A stretch of DNA of 63,890 bases, the filler included, from Reclinomonas americana ATCC 50394 (taxonomy: Eukaryota), in assembly GCA_048213135.1 (NCBI GenBank). It is 9 parts of 2 records of this genome, joined end to end, with 100 filler letters (N's around TTAATTAATTAA, not from the genome) between each part and the next. Parts side by side here need not be neighbours in the genome. Positions count along the whole stretch, not along the records: positions 1 to 24,591 come from PS015505.1; 8 more parts are not named here. One strand, given 5' to 3'. The notes under the pieces are model-generated. The model had not been told where the DNA came from. It ran no database searches and worked only from the letters and a program-made list of their open reading frames with translations. Each line of letters begins with the position of its first letter. Positions within the stretch are counted from its first letter, which is position 1. Shown piece after piece: positions 1 to 13,600 of this stretch. The position numbers and the translations under genes are program-made.

Positions 1-696
1 TCTGGCCAATGTCGCCGCTGGCCTCGTGAACTACTCGTCGGCCTCGGCCCGCGAGTGGTGGACCCCGAGCGAGGGCGAGCTGTCGCTCGACCGCCACCAG
101 TTGAAGAGCATCAGCTTTGCGAAGCCGTTTGATCAGGTGCCGCGTGTGGCCACCGGTCTGACCCAGGTGCACGCCTCGCGCAACGATCCCGACAACTACA
201 CCGGCACGGTGGTCGCCACCAGCGCCAAGGGCTTTGAGCATGAGTTGCGTACACACTGCTAGTCCATTCGCAGTGATCGGAAACACTTACACACGTGTCA
301 TGTTGCAGGGCTATTGTGCAGAGCAAGTCGCGCGTGCAGCAGCTGGCGTACTCGTGGCTGGCATTCCCGCCAGTGAGCCGCTCCGGCTACACGATGGAGA
401 CGGGCGATTATGCGCTCCGTGCCGATGGCGACTGCGCCAAGATCGAGTTCCCGACGGCGTTCGCTGCCGGCACCGAGGTCAAGTCACTGGTGTTTGCCAC
501 TGGCTGGGAGTTCAACTCGCACGATGACGAGCCGCTCGACTTTGACCTGGCGATCTCCACCACCACTGAGGACTGGATGGAGGTGTGCCTGGTCGGCGGC
601 ACTCGTGGCAACCTGAAGAAGGTGTCCTTCAACTGGGCTGCCTTTGGCATTCCATGGGCCCCCGTCGCCCCGCAGAGCGACGGTTCCCTCGCCTAA
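1..696 (+). CDS. Tandem H-type lectin domain protein (discoidin-like), 5' partial; intron 244-308
   Basis: Two repeats resembling H-lectin: ISFAKPFDQVPRVATGL...LAYSWLAF and IEFPTAF...VFATGWEF...VSFNWAAF. Intron GTTGCG..TTGCAG joins them in frame; TAA at 694-696. Confidence 0.65.
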
Positions 697-1289
697 TCGG
701 CCTGGTATCCTGAGCAATATCTATCCAACGCCTTCTTCTTCTTCTTCTGTTTGTTTGCTGTTTTGATGATGAGCCTGCTGGGTCTGTGCGGGAGAAGTGT
801 GCAGGAAAATACACAGCCATTCAGGCATCCTTCGATCATGAAAAAAGGGCATTGCATGACATTAACTAATCGTTGGGTGCAAGGCACTGCTCAAGAGTGC
901 TTGGGTGACTGCGAAGCGGTGCTTGGAGGGGGCGGTGGCGGTTGCGGTTGTTCTGGTGGAGCGGCAAAGGCCTCGACAAACTTGGACGACGACATCTCCT
1001 CCAACGGTGTGACGGCTGTCAGCGCGCCACCTGGACTCGCCAGCGCATACAGACCACTGCTGCCACCACCCACACCACCACCGCCACTGTGCCCACCCAC
1101 ACCACCACCGCTGCCGTCGCCAAACGGCGAAAACAGACTGCCTGGTACCGAGGCAAGTCGTAACGGAGAGCGATTGGCAGGATGCTGTTGCTGTTGCTGT
1201 TGCTGTTGTGGATGTGACTGCGGCGGTTGTTGTGATGCCTGGAGAGAGTTGCCAGTGAGTGCGATGAGCGCTCTAGAGACCCCTGCACA

Positions 1290-2876
1290 TCATCTCACCT
1301 TACTCGGGCCGAGAGGCAGACTCAGACCGAGTCGCCTACGTTTCGTGGACGGTGCACCGGAGGACTTGTCGTCGTCTGCAGTGTCGTCCGGCGGTCCACT
1401 CGTGGCCACAGTCGACAGCAGATGCACTCCTCCGCCGTTGTGATCGCGCTTGCCGAGAGTGGGAGTCGATTCCGCATGAGGAGTCGGCGTCGGCTGATCG
1501 GAGACGCTAAAGGGGAGCGGCAGGAGCGCTTGTGGAGTGAACGGAGCAGTAAAGCCGGGTGTAAAGGCGGAATCCTCCAGCAGGCGCGCGCTACTGCCGC
1601 CAGCCAGCAGCGGCTCATGAGGGGTGGTTGGATCGGCAAAGTACGAGCGCTGCGCAGTCGAGGCTGCCGCGGTCGCCGCGGGTGCTGGCGCGGCAGTCGG
1701 TGCACTAGGCGCCGGCATAGTGACCGTGGGCACCAGCAGCGGCAGTCCTCTGTTGGCCTGCACTGTGGACGCCGCCTCTGCCAGCAACATGGTCGTTGAT
1801 CCCGACGACACCGGCAGCGGCACAAACGATTGCGGCATCGCCGTGTACCCACTCAGCGCATGCAGTGGTGGCGGCGGCGGCTGAGATGCATGATTGCTGC
1901 TGTTGCCACGCGAGCGCGGCGGTGGCGAAGGTGTCGGCCGACCCGTCGACCGATCATCATCGTCGTCGTCGTCACCGGCGGCGGCGGCGACGGCAGCCGA
2001 CCTCGCCGTGCTGGCGGTCCCACGACCGCGTGTACCCGCTCGTGTAGCTCGTGATCCACGCGCACCATTGGTGGCCGGCTTGCGCTCCGTCTCGCTCTCC
2101 TCCTCCTCCTCATCATCCTCCTCCTCCTCTTCCTCATCGTCGTCTTCGTACTCCTCCTCCGCATCGTCCTCATCCTCGTCCTCATCGTCATCGTCGTCAC
2201 TGCTCGGCTTTCGTCGCCGTCCTTTCCCGCGCTTTCCTGCGGAAGCTGCGGCTCCTCCAGCGGTGCCACCGCCGCGAGCACGCGACGTCCGCTGCGGCGA
2301 CGGCGACGCCGAGGCGGTTCCACTGCGCTTCCGTCCCGTCTCAATGTCGTAGTTTTCCACTCGTCGCTGCTCCATGAGCACCACTCCACCCGCCGACGAC
2401 GATCCCGATCCGCCTTTGCGATTCAGTGCGTTGTGGTACGCATCCAGCAGGCTGGAGGGGTCGTCCTGGATGCAGGAGAGAGTGTGAGAGAGAGAGAGAC
2501 GGAGAATGATGCAAAGAGCGCACACACCGTCGAGCTGAACTCGTGCAGGCGGCGCTTCTCCGACATGACTGCATGTGCAGCGGGGAGAGTGAGAGTGAGA
2601 GTGAGGCGATGAGAGGGAAAAAAGTTCGAAATATGCAGGCGCACCAATGAGAAGCACTTTGGCGTCGCACAGCACCGAGAGCTCCATGGCTTTCTTCATG
2701 AGTCCCTCTTTGCGCTTACGAAAGGTCACTGTTGGTGAAGATGAAGAGAGAGAGAGGGAGAGTGAGAGGCAGTCAATTGTTGTGTTGTGGACGCAGACGA
2801 CGGGAGGAGGCGGTGGCGAACCTGAGCGCGCCTTGTCGGCTTCGATTCGCTGTATCACGATCTTCTTGCGACCCAT
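1290..2876 (-). CDS. MADS-box transcription factor (MEF2/type II-like), 3 introns in the 5' part
   Basis: Spliced: [60 protein letters not shown], followed by an acidic and Pro/Ala-rich tail. GT-AG junctions restore the MADS consensus. Confidence 0.92.
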   Translation of the reverse strand: [528 protein letters not shown]

Positions 2877-3123
2877 TGATGTGAAGTGAGAGAGAGTAGA
2901 GTGAGATAGAGAAGTGGGACTATATGGCTCGCGATCTGTAAACTCTTTTACAGTAGTGTCAACTCAGTTTTTCAGTGCACAGCTGCGATGCACCCCCGGC
3001 GCTGCGGATCCACAACGATTCATTCACCAACAAATAAAGCGGCAGCTGCCTCGATGATCTTCTCAACTCGCATCGCAAATGAGCCAATATTATAGATATC
3101 GAGCACACGACTTGCCATTGCCA

Positions 3124-6100
3124 TTAGTACCCAACACATCCACTGTGTGCACCAACAGTACTCAGTCGACATACATCTCAACGAACTCCCCTTCACATCC
3201 ACTCCACGCAACAGCTTGTGACAGAACGCCCACGATAGAATATCCACATCCTGCGTCACATCACCGACAGCGCCCGTGAAGCCAATGTAGCCGAATCCGC
3301 TGGCGTTGAGGATGCCCTGCATCGCAAGCAACGTCAGCGCCATCCCCTGAAACCTCTCTTGCGCTGCGAATGCATCTCATTCCATACGTACCCGTTGCTG
3401 CATGTGGTGCGTAGAGTACGCGCTGTCCAGCGTCACCTCCACCACCAGTGCCGGCCGTGCAAGATTGTCCACAAACACTGTCAAGCGACCGGCCTTCTCG
3501 AACGCCGGTGGGTGATACCTGTAGTTGCAATTCATAAGAAAATGCATGTGCTTGGCGAAAGCAACAACGACAAAGACGACGAACCACACCCGCACTGTGT
3601 GCACTTCCCCGTCCGACAGATTGGGAATGGACAGCGATGCTCCGAGCAAGTGCGATGTGGCGTGATCCGCAGAGATCGGCACACCCGACAGCGATGTGAA
3701 TACTGCCACACGCAAATCAGTCTCATTATCTCTCTCCACTACACGCACCACCACCGTCAGCAGATTGCTTCATCATACCTGCAACGTGATTGTCTGCATA
3801 GTTCACGTACTCGGTGGCATTGATCCACCAGTTGTCCAGGCCCTATCACCACAGTGATCATGATCAGTATCGACAGACAGTTAGTTTATCAGGCAGCTGC
3901 ACTGCACCCACCTGTTTGGGATCCGTGTACTCCTTGTTGAACTGTGTACGTGTTGTGCACACTGCAGTCAGCAACTACCAAGCACGCATTCCTCAACANN
4001 NNNNNNNNNNNNNNNNNNNNNNNNNNNNNNNNNNNNNNNNNNNNNNNNNNNNNNNNNNNNNNNNNNNNNNNNNNNNNNNNNNNNNNNNNNNNNNNNNNNN
4101 NNNNNNNNNNNNNNNNNNNNNNNNNNNNNNNNNNNNNNNNNNNNNNNNNNNNNNNNNNNNNNNNNNNNNNNNNNNNNNNNNNNNCACACACACTACAAAC
4201 CCAGGTGTCAAACTCGATAGCCAGAATGTTGCTCATGCCCTCGTATCCCAGACCTCGACCGACCGCCGATTGCGGATCTGTTGCCCAGCTGTCCGGCAGC
4301 AGGCCCTGATTGTCCATCGACAACGCCTTTTGCAGCACCAGCGCAAAGCCGTCGCCTCCCGCACAGAATCTACATGTCACATGCGTTGGCACACGCACGC
4401 ACACACACGCACTGCTCCCCCCAACAACGAACCCATCCAGCTCCGTGCACAGACCCGGATTGTGAATGCGGAACTTGAAGCGTGCCTCAAAGCCGTCCTT
4501 CATGTACACTGGATCACCGGCCCACACACCAGAGCGCAGGTTGCGATCGGTCAGCATCGGGACCGCACCGGCCTGTCGTCGAGTCAGTCGCATGACACGG
4601 TTCGGCATTGGTGCGATGTCGTCGAACACAAACTGCGCAATGGAGTCAGAGAAAAAACGCACAGTCTAATACACAGCTCGACAGACACACTGCAGCAGTA
4701 CCTGTGGCAAAATACTGTACAATGCGGACGCGGCGTTTGTGTCCACAGTCACCAACATGCTCAGCGATGTCAAATCGCGCGCTGTCAGCAATAGGCAGTT
4801 GCCCACAGTCACTGACGTCATGCTGTCACCGACAACTTCTACGGCAGCGCCGGGAGCATCCTGACAGCGGAAATCCGTAAAGTTGAAATCTGTGGTCGCA
4901 GTAATCTAATCAGAACAACACACAGCACACTGCTCATCTCTTCTCAACACATACCAAGCCACAGTTGGAACGTGTATTGCGACGGACCACTCTTTTGTGG
5001 GAACTGATTGTCGCCCAGGACACCAACGTAGTACGAGGAGCAGCCGACCGGCGTGCACGAACCTGCATGTACGCCACAATCAGGATCAGTCCGCTGCACC
5101 ANNNNNNNNNNNNNNNNNNNNNNNNNNNNNNNNNNNNNNNNNNNNNNNNNNNNNNNNNNNNNNNNNNNNNNNNNNNNNNNNNNNNNNNNNNNNNNNNNNN
5201 NNNNNNNNNNNNNNNNNNNNNNNNNNNNNNNNNNNNNNNNNNNNNNNNNNNNNNNNNNNNNNNNNNNNNNNNNNNNNNNNNNNNNNNNNNNNNNNNNNNN
5301 NNNNNNNNNNNNNNNNNNNNNNNNNNNNNNNNNNNNNNNNNNNNNNNNNNNNNNNNNNNNNNNNNNNNNNNNNNNNNNNNNNNNNNNNNNNNNNNNNNNN
5401 NNNNNNNNNNNNNNNNNNNNNNNNNNNNNNNNNNNNNNNNNNNNNNNNNNNNNNNNNNNNNNNNNNNNNNNNNNNNNNNNNNNNNNNNNNNNNNNNNNNN
5501 NNNNNNNNNNNNNNNNNNNNNNNNNNNNNNNNNNNNNNNNNNNNNNNNNNNNNNNNNNNNNNNNNNNNNNNNNNNNNNNNNNNNNNNNNNNNNNNNNNNN
5601 NNNNNNNNNNNNNNNNNNNNNNNNNNNNNNNNNNNNNNNNNNNNNNNNNNNNNNNNNNNNNNNNNNNNNNNNNNNNNNNNNNNNNNNNNNNNNNNNNNNN
5701 NNNNNNNNNNNNNNNNNNNNNNNNNNNNNNNNNNNNNNNNNNNNNNNNNNNNNNNNNNNNNNNNNNNNNNNNNNNNNNNNNNNNNNNNNNNNNNNNNNNN
5801 NNNNNNNNNNNNNNNNNNNNNNNNNNNNNNNNNNNNNNNNNNNNNNNNNNNNNNNNNNNNNNNNNNNNNNNNNNNNNNNNNNNNNNNNNNNNNNNNNNNN
5901 NNNNNNNNNNNNNNNNNNNNNNNNNNNNNNNNNNNNNNNNNNNNNNNNNNNNNNNNNNNNNNNNNNNNNCCTCTCACTACTCTCTCTCTCTCTCTCTCTC
6001 TCATACACTCACCGTACGAGTCAAAGTCCTCAGAGCGAATGTCGATCGCCCACGGATTGCTTTCGCGAACAGATGTGAAGTCCCAGTCGCCCACCGCTGG

Positions 6101-9100
6101 TGCTTTGCCGCGCGAAATGTACACGTCGATATTGTCGCCGAGACGCAGATAGTCGATGGTGCGCACCACCACATGCAGATCAAAGTACCTGCACGGCAGT
6201 GAGGATGTGACAGACAGAATGTGGCGAGCAGAAGACACACAAACCGGTGCTTTGGAGTGACCTTGTACAGTGCCATGCGATTGGGGAACCTGAGCGATCG
6301 CGACGAGTGATGAGTTTGTACATGTATCACCACCTCGCTCCTCTCGGGTGAGAACAACACAAAACAGAGGGAGGGAATCAGCTACGCAACACCTCCTCCA
6401 GTGTCTGCATTCCGTTCTCCTTCCACTTGTTGTATACAGGCCACGAACTCACTGGACTCTGCATGTGTACAAATCGATCTCAGAGCACTGCAGCCACTTT
6501 GGTGGTGGCTTCTGCTCACACGTCAAACCTGGAAATCGGTAACATCCAAACCGTCGTCGTGGAACTGTGCCGACAGACTGTTGTACGAGAACAGGCCATT
6601 GCAGACGCCAGCGTCGCTGATGCACACGCCTCGCGTCACCGAGTGCGTGGTGGCTGTGAAGATGCCGAAGGGATTCGTGCCCAGCGGCGCACACCTGATG
6701 CAAGGCGTGTTGTCGGTCAACAAATGTTCCACCCACAGCAAGTCAGTGGCTCTACTGCTGCAACTCACCACCCGCAACCAGATCCGGCCAGCAGCGAGTC
6801 ACCTGTTGCATGTGAGACAGAGAGTCGCGTGTGAGACGCCAAACGTCTTCATCGAGACAACTCGCTCCCATGATACACACTCACCAGCACAGGCTCCACC
6901 ACTCTGCGACAGCCACGATATGTTGGGAAGTGGATTCGTATACTGTGCGCATCGCAGGTGAGCACTTCTAACACGCAGCATGCTGGCGTCACTGATCAGA
7001 TAACATGTGGCATACGTGCCTGACTCGGTCGCAAGTTGATGTTGTACCACTGCACGAGCGCGTCTTCAGTGCGCCCCTTCAACACAAAGATACAAGGAGA
7101 GCACAAACGCACCCCACAGAGGCTGACGAGAAGCGGGTTCGTCAGGCTGCTGATCGGCCAGGCTGATTTGCCATCACTGGCACACACAATGTAAGTGCCG
7201 ACAGTGGAGACGGGATCCGTGATGCAAATGCCACTGCTGGTGACCGGATCGACGACCGCAATGGTGCAAAGATTGCTGGCAGACGAGCACGTTGTATCCG
7301 AAGGATTGCTGGTGATACTGATTGTATCACCGACAGCGACGCCCACATACGTAATCGTCAAAGTGTCACCACCGGTCTCACGAATGACGCGAGGAGAGAA
7401 GGATCCCACTGCAGCCACACAAGTGTGTCACTCACTCATTGCGCAACTATTCGCGTGCGTGACGGTGCCACACATACCCACAGCCAACGGCACTGGCGGA
7501 CTGGCAGAGCTGCCGACGCGGCGCCAGTTGTTTCCGTACGTGGTGGCCGTCACCAGCAGCTGCACGCCGGACTCTTCGGTTCCAGTGGACAAGTCGAGAA
7601 TGTCGCCGTACTCGTATCCAGTGCCGGCCACGTCGATCGAGTCAACAGACGTCACCAATCCTGTCGTACCATCAGCAGTGACAGTGAACGTGGCACCAGT
7701 GCCGTGGCCACCAAAGGTCGTGAACTGCCCGCTAGAGTTGAAACGCCCATCGCCATGGTTCACCAGCTGGACCGACAGCACACCGCCGACCTCCGTGCCG
7801 CCAACAAGGACACACACCGTGTACGTATCTGCCAAAAGAAATGAGCACACTCCGGAGACGAGAAACGAATACCGGCGAGCAAATCTACCTGCCACTGGAG
7901 CGCTCGTGGACACCAATGAGAACGTATTACTCGAGATGGGAAGAGCGACGCTGGGATCGATGCCAGCATGTGGGCAATCCAATCCTGCACCGCCACCAAG
8001 CAATTAACCAACTGGGCGATTTGCAGCGAAAATCGAAGCACGTTCACCACACCACACACCTTCGTAGACCGTGGCAACATCCGTGTCGTCGCCGTAGCCA
8101 CCAACATTGGATAGGGTGAAGGCGTCAGTGCCACCAGTGAACGTCAGCAGCGTCGGCGAGTACGAATCGTAGTAGACTGCATGCATCAAGTTGTGAGTGA
8201 GTCATAGGCATTTCGCCCACCACATGCAAGAGTCGAACCGACAGTGATGGTAGGAGGCGAGGAGAGCAGTGCGCCACCATACGGCGTGTAGCACACGTAG
8301 TAAGTGCCTGGTGTCTGCAACCCAACACCACCCACAGTGATCATCATCTTCACATTTGGTCCGGTGGTCTGCAGAACTTTTGTCAGTATTTGGCGTACGA
8401 AGAAGACACAGCGTGCTCTGCAGTAGCAGCACACAATGTGACGCAACAGAGTCGAGAAACTCCTTTCGCGGACCCGTGGCCAGAATGGGCGACACAGTGC
8501 AGGACGCATCGATGCTGAAATGCACCGTGTCGGTGACTTTCAGACCCACACCGCTCAGCGTCAGCTGTGCGCCAATATCGAATGCGGGAATGCGGGTTGG
8601 CTGCACGCTGACCATGGTAAGTGACGACAAGTCATCTGTGCGCACAGTGGGTCATGTGGCAACAAGTCAGAGCGGCGCATCGCAGCGTCGACGGTGACAT
8701 CCAGTAAAAACGTAACATGCCGACAAAACACCGGATGAGGGGACTTGCACGAGGCTTGATACACCCGCGTAAGAGATGCACAGAGCAAAGTTGGTGCGAG
8801 CCGACAGTCCGCTGCCACCCATGTGTACGTGCAGCTCGGTCTGCCGTCGGGAGGGAGAGCGATGCATGTTCGATGAGGACAGACCATATGGCAGGACTGG
8901 GGAAGCACAAACCTCGTGTGGGTTGGTGAACGAGGTCCCCGTCAATGCATCCAGTGCCACGTCCGTGCATGAAGATACCGCGCCAGCAGGCGTCGCAAAC
9001 ACCTTGTCGACCGTGTGCAAGTTCGCACCGAAAATCACGATGCGCGCGTACGGATCGTTGGCTCTGATCCCCAGTGGCAGCAGTCCGCTGACAGTGGACG

Positions 9101-9735
9101 CACGCAGAGTCCACCCACCGACTCGCCTGTGCGAATGCAGGGAGAGAGAGAGATCAAAGTCTGTCAGCAACGAGCTTCTGAGAAGCACGTGCAGCAATCA
9201 ATATATCCGCTGCGCAACATCTTGTCTCCCGTGGCAAACTGATAGCACACGTAGTAGTCACCGGATGGCACAGAGTCCGCCAGCACGTAGCGTTCCGTGG
9301 ACACGCCCGAGTCACCGTTCACCGCCGGCGTGTCGTCACTCAACGGGACATCGGTTGTCGCACAGCTGGAACTCGTCGACAGAAACACAATGTCATTGTC
9401 GGTGGCGGTGGCCAGCGAGGAGCCAGTGATGGTGATCTTGTCGGGTGAATCCAAGCTGAGAACATTACCACGCACCACCGCCGGCGTGAAGAGTTGCACA
9501 ATGCCGGTGCGCGCTGGCACTGTGGAGGGCGGCGGTGGAGGTCCGCCAGGCTTGCCGGCCTCGACCACAGTGGCGCAACACAGCACGAGCAAGAGCACTG
9601 CTCATGTAGGTCAGCGTCAGCGCATGAGAGAGTGCAAGAAATGCGAGTGAGAGAGAGAGAGAGAGTGAGAGTGAGACCTGCGTATATCCATGGCGTGCGG
9701 TGGTATGTTCGGAATGAAGACGATGCCGCCGCCAT
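3124..9735 (-). CDS. Secreted multidomain protein with C-terminal legume-type (L-type) lectin domain, copy A (multi-exon, gaps inside)
   Basis: Signal peptide (VLLLVLCCATVVEA) and several beta-rich modules with YxVCY motifs. L-lectin motifs: GFEARFKFRI, GGDGFALVLQ, GLGYEGMSNILAIEFDTW, NHVAV, HTVRVWY, GYIGFTGAVG..DILSWAF. Ends FCHKLGCVGY* after the last intron. Confidence 0.8.
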
Positions 9736-9950
9736 CTCACGAAGATACAGAGGTGGAAGCTGTCAGTGTGGGAGTGTTGACGACAAGCGACGTGTGTGCG
9801 TGAATGCGTGCGTGCGCGAAGGTGGGCACAACGAGCAGTGCGTGGAGGGCCACACACAACTTGCAGTCTAATCAATGTCCTGCTGGCCTGTGCGCACCAC
9901 ATAAGTCCGCTTTTGCTGTTTTGCTCGTGGGTGCACCGAGCTGCAGACAC

Positions 9951-10366
9951 ATGTCCTCCGTGTGCCTACCACCACGAGGTGCATGGGTTGCACATTTCAC
10001 AAACGTCGAGCGCGATCACCGTGTCAGAGAGTGGGGATGGTCATCGCCACTCTCCTGTTCCTCGCCCTCTCTCTCTTTCTCGCACTTCCTGTTCACCCCT
10101 GCGACTTCTCGCTTCTCATACACTCCGTGGTCTTCGGCGACAGTGTCGTTGGAGGACGAAGAGGGCGGACTGAGGAGACGATCGGCCTGGTGCGCATACG
10201 ACCTCATTATGCGGAAGAGGCTGGCGGCTGGCCACCTTTCAAGGTCTCTCTGGGTTGTCGCTCGATTTCGTGCGTCCGCTGCACCTCTCTCTCTCTCTCT
10301 CTTGAAAGGAGCGGTCATCGGAACGCTTGTCTGTAGCTTCGCTTGTGTGCGCGCCACTCATCGGTG
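9951..10366 (+). pseudogene. Decayed 5' fragment of the RanBP9/10 gene, carried along by the tandem duplication
   Basis: Aligns by eye to 15762-16258 (start exon, GAAGAGGC..CTGGCCA.CT.TC.AGGTC, GAAAGGAGCGG.CAT.GGAACGC..CCACTCATC), with indels and truncation early in the SPRY domain. Confidence 0.75.
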
Positions 10367-10602
10367 AAGTCTTCTGACCTCGTTTGTCGCGCTAAGCAGC
10401 TGCAGCATGTCTGATTGGCAATGCAGCATGCGGGGTGGCAGGTCACGGAGATTCCTGGACGTGCATGTTGTCGCGCTTCTGCTTGTACTTCAGCATCTCG
10501 ACTGCAAAGACGACATTCGTAACCATTGATGGATTCGATTCATTCATACACGACGCGCAGACCCAGTATTATCGATATCGAGCACACGAATTGCCATTGC
10601 CA

Positions 10603-13600
10603 TTAGTACCCAACACATCCACTGCGTGCACCAACAGTACTCAGTCGACATACATCTCAACGAACTCCCCTTCACATCCACTCCACGCAACAGCTTGTGA
10701 CAGAACGCCCACGATAGAATATCCACATCCTGCGTCACATCACCGACAGCGCCCGTGAAGCCAATGTAGCCGAAGCCGCTGGCGTTGAGGATGCCCTGCA
10801 TCACAAGCAACGTCAGCACCATCCCGGAAACCTCTCTTGCGCTGCGAATACATCTCATTGCATACCCTTTGCTGCATGTGGTGCGTAGAGTACGCGCTGC
10901 CCAGCGTCACCTCCACCACCAGTGCCGGCCGTGAAAGATTGTCCACAAACACTGTCAAGCGACCGGCCTTCTCGAACGCCGGTGGGTGATACCTGTAGTT
11001 GCAATTCATAAGAAAATGCATATGCTTGGCGAAAGCAACAACGACGACGACGACGAACCACACCCGCACTGTGTGCACTTCCCCGTCCGACAGATTGGGA
11101 ATGGACAGCGATGCTCCGAGCAAGTGCGATGTGGCGTGATCCGCAGAGATCGGCACACCCGACAGCGATGTGAACACTGCCACACGCAAATCAGTCTCAT
11201 TATCTCTCTCCACTACACGCACCACCACCGCCAGCGGATTGCTTCATCATACCTGCAACGTGATTGTCTGCATAGTTCACGTACTCGGTGGCATTGATCC
11301 ACCAGTTGTCCAGGCCCTATCACCACAGTGATCATGATCAGTATCGACAGACAGTTAGTTTATCAGGCAGCTGCACTGCACCCACCTGTTTGGGATCAGT
11401 GTACTCCTTGTTGAACTGTGTTTGTGTTGTGCGTACTGCAGTCAGCAACCAGCAGGCTACATGCACGCACACTCATCAGNNNNNNNNNNNNNNNNNNNNN
11501 NNNNNNNNNNNNNNNNNNNNNNNNNNNNNNNNNNNNNNNNNNNNNNNNNNNNNNNNNNNNNNNNNNNNNNNNNNNNNNNNNNNNNNNNNNNNNNNNNNNN
11601 NNNNNNNNNNNNNNNNNNNNNNNNNNNNNNNNNNNNNNNNNNNNNNNNNNNNNNNNNNNNNNNNNNNNNNNNNNNNNNNNNNNNNNNNNNNNNNNNNNNN
11701 NNNNNNNNNNNNNNNNNNNNNNNNNNNNNNNNNNNNNNNNNNNNNNNNNNNNNNNNNNNNNNNNNNNNNNNNNNNNNNNNNNNNNNNNNNNNNNNNNNNN
11801 NNNNNNNNNNNNNNNNNNNNNNNNNNNNNNNNNNNNNNNNNNNNNCTTCTCACTACTCTCTCTCTCTCTCTCATACACTCACCGTACGAGTCAAAGTCCT
11901 CAGAGCGAATGTCGATCGCCCACGGATTGCTTTCGCGAACAGATGTGAAGTCCCAGTCGCCCACCGCTGGTGCTTTGCCGCGCGAAATGTACACGTCGAT
12001 ATTGTCGCCGAGACGCAGATAGTCGATGGTGCGCACCACCACATGCAGATCAAAGTACCTGCACGGCAGTGAGGATGTGACAGAATGTGGCGAGCAGAAG
12101 ACACACAAACCGGTGCTTTGGTGTGACCTTGTACAGTGCCATGCGATTGGGGAACCTGAGCGATCACGACGCGTGATGAGTTTGTACATGTATCACCACC
12201 TCGCTCCTCTCGGGTGAGAACAACACAAAACAGAGGGAGAGAATCAGCTACGCAACACCTCCTCCAGTGTTTGCAATCCATTCTCCTTCCACTTGTCGTA
12301 TACAGGCCACGAGCTCACCGGACTCTGCATGTGTGCCGATCGATCTCAGAGCACTGCAGCTACTTTGGTGGTGGTTTCCGCCGCTTCTGCGACAAACCTG
12401 GAAGTCGGTAACATCCAAACCGTCGTTGTGGAACTGTGCCGACAGACTGTTGTACGAGAACAGGCCATTGCAGACGCCAGCGTCGCTGATACACACGCCT
12501 CGCGTCACCGAGTGCGTGGTGGCTGTGAAGATGCCGAAGGGATTCGTGCCCAGCGGCGCACACCTGATGCAAGGCGTGTTGTCGGTCAACAAATGTTCCA
12601 CCCACAGCAAGTCAGTAGCTCTACTGCTGCAACTCACCACCCGCAACCAGATCCGGCCAGCAGCGAGTCACCTGTTGCATGTGAGACATCGCGTGTGAGA
12701 CGCCAAACGTCTTCATCGAGACAACTCGCTCCCATGATACACACTCACCAGCACAGGCTCCACCACTCTGCGACAGCCACGATATGTTGGGAAGTGGATT
12801 CGTATACTGTGCGCATCGCAGGTGAGCACTTCTAACACGCAGCATGCTGGCGTCACTGATCAGATAACATGTGGCATACGTGCCTGACTCGGTCGCAAGT
12901 TGATGTTGTACCACTGCAAGAGCGCGCCTTCAGTGCACTCCCTTAGCACACAAACAAGGAGAGCACAAACGCACCCCACAGAGGCTGACGAGAAGCGGGT
13001 TTGTCAGGCTACTGATCGGCGAGGTTGCCGTGCCATCACTGGCACACACAATATAAGTGCCGACAGTGGAGACAGGATCGGTGATGCAAATGCCGCTGCT
13101 GGTGACCGGATCGACGACCGCAATAGTGCACAGTTGGCTGGCAGACGAGCACGTTGTATCCGAAGGATTGCTGGTGATACTGATTGTATCACCGACAGCG
13201 ACGCCCACATACGTAATTGTGAGAGTGTCACCACCGGTCTCACGAATGACGCGAGGAGAGAAGGATCCCACTGCGCCCGCACAAGTGTGTCACTCATTGC
13301 ACAACTATTCGCGTGCGCGACATGCGTGAATGTACACGTGCGACACACACACGCACCGACTGCTAGTGGAACAGGTGGACTGGCAGAGCTGCCGACGCGG
13401 CGCCAGTTGTTTCCGTACGTGGTGGCCGTCACCAGCAGCTGCACGCCGGACTCTTCGGTTCCAGTGGACAAGTCGAGAATGTCGCCATACTCGTATCCAG
13501 TGCCGGCCACGTCGATCGAGTCAACAGACGTCACCAATCCTGTCGTACCATCAGCAGTGACAGTGAACGTGGCACCAGTGCCGTGGCCACCAAAGGTCGT

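Noticed and set aside
1894..2352. Poly-Ser/Pro/Arg ORFs antisense to acidic or Gly-rich exons (also 30054-30734, 47739-48413, 59125-59466)
   Set aside because: Shadow frames of low-complexity, GC-rich coding sequence on the other strand.
3020..3343. ORF-track C-terminal extension of the lectin (…LLRGVDVKGSS…)
   Set aside because: Better explained by an intron (donor 3212) giving the same CHKLGCVGY* end in both copies.
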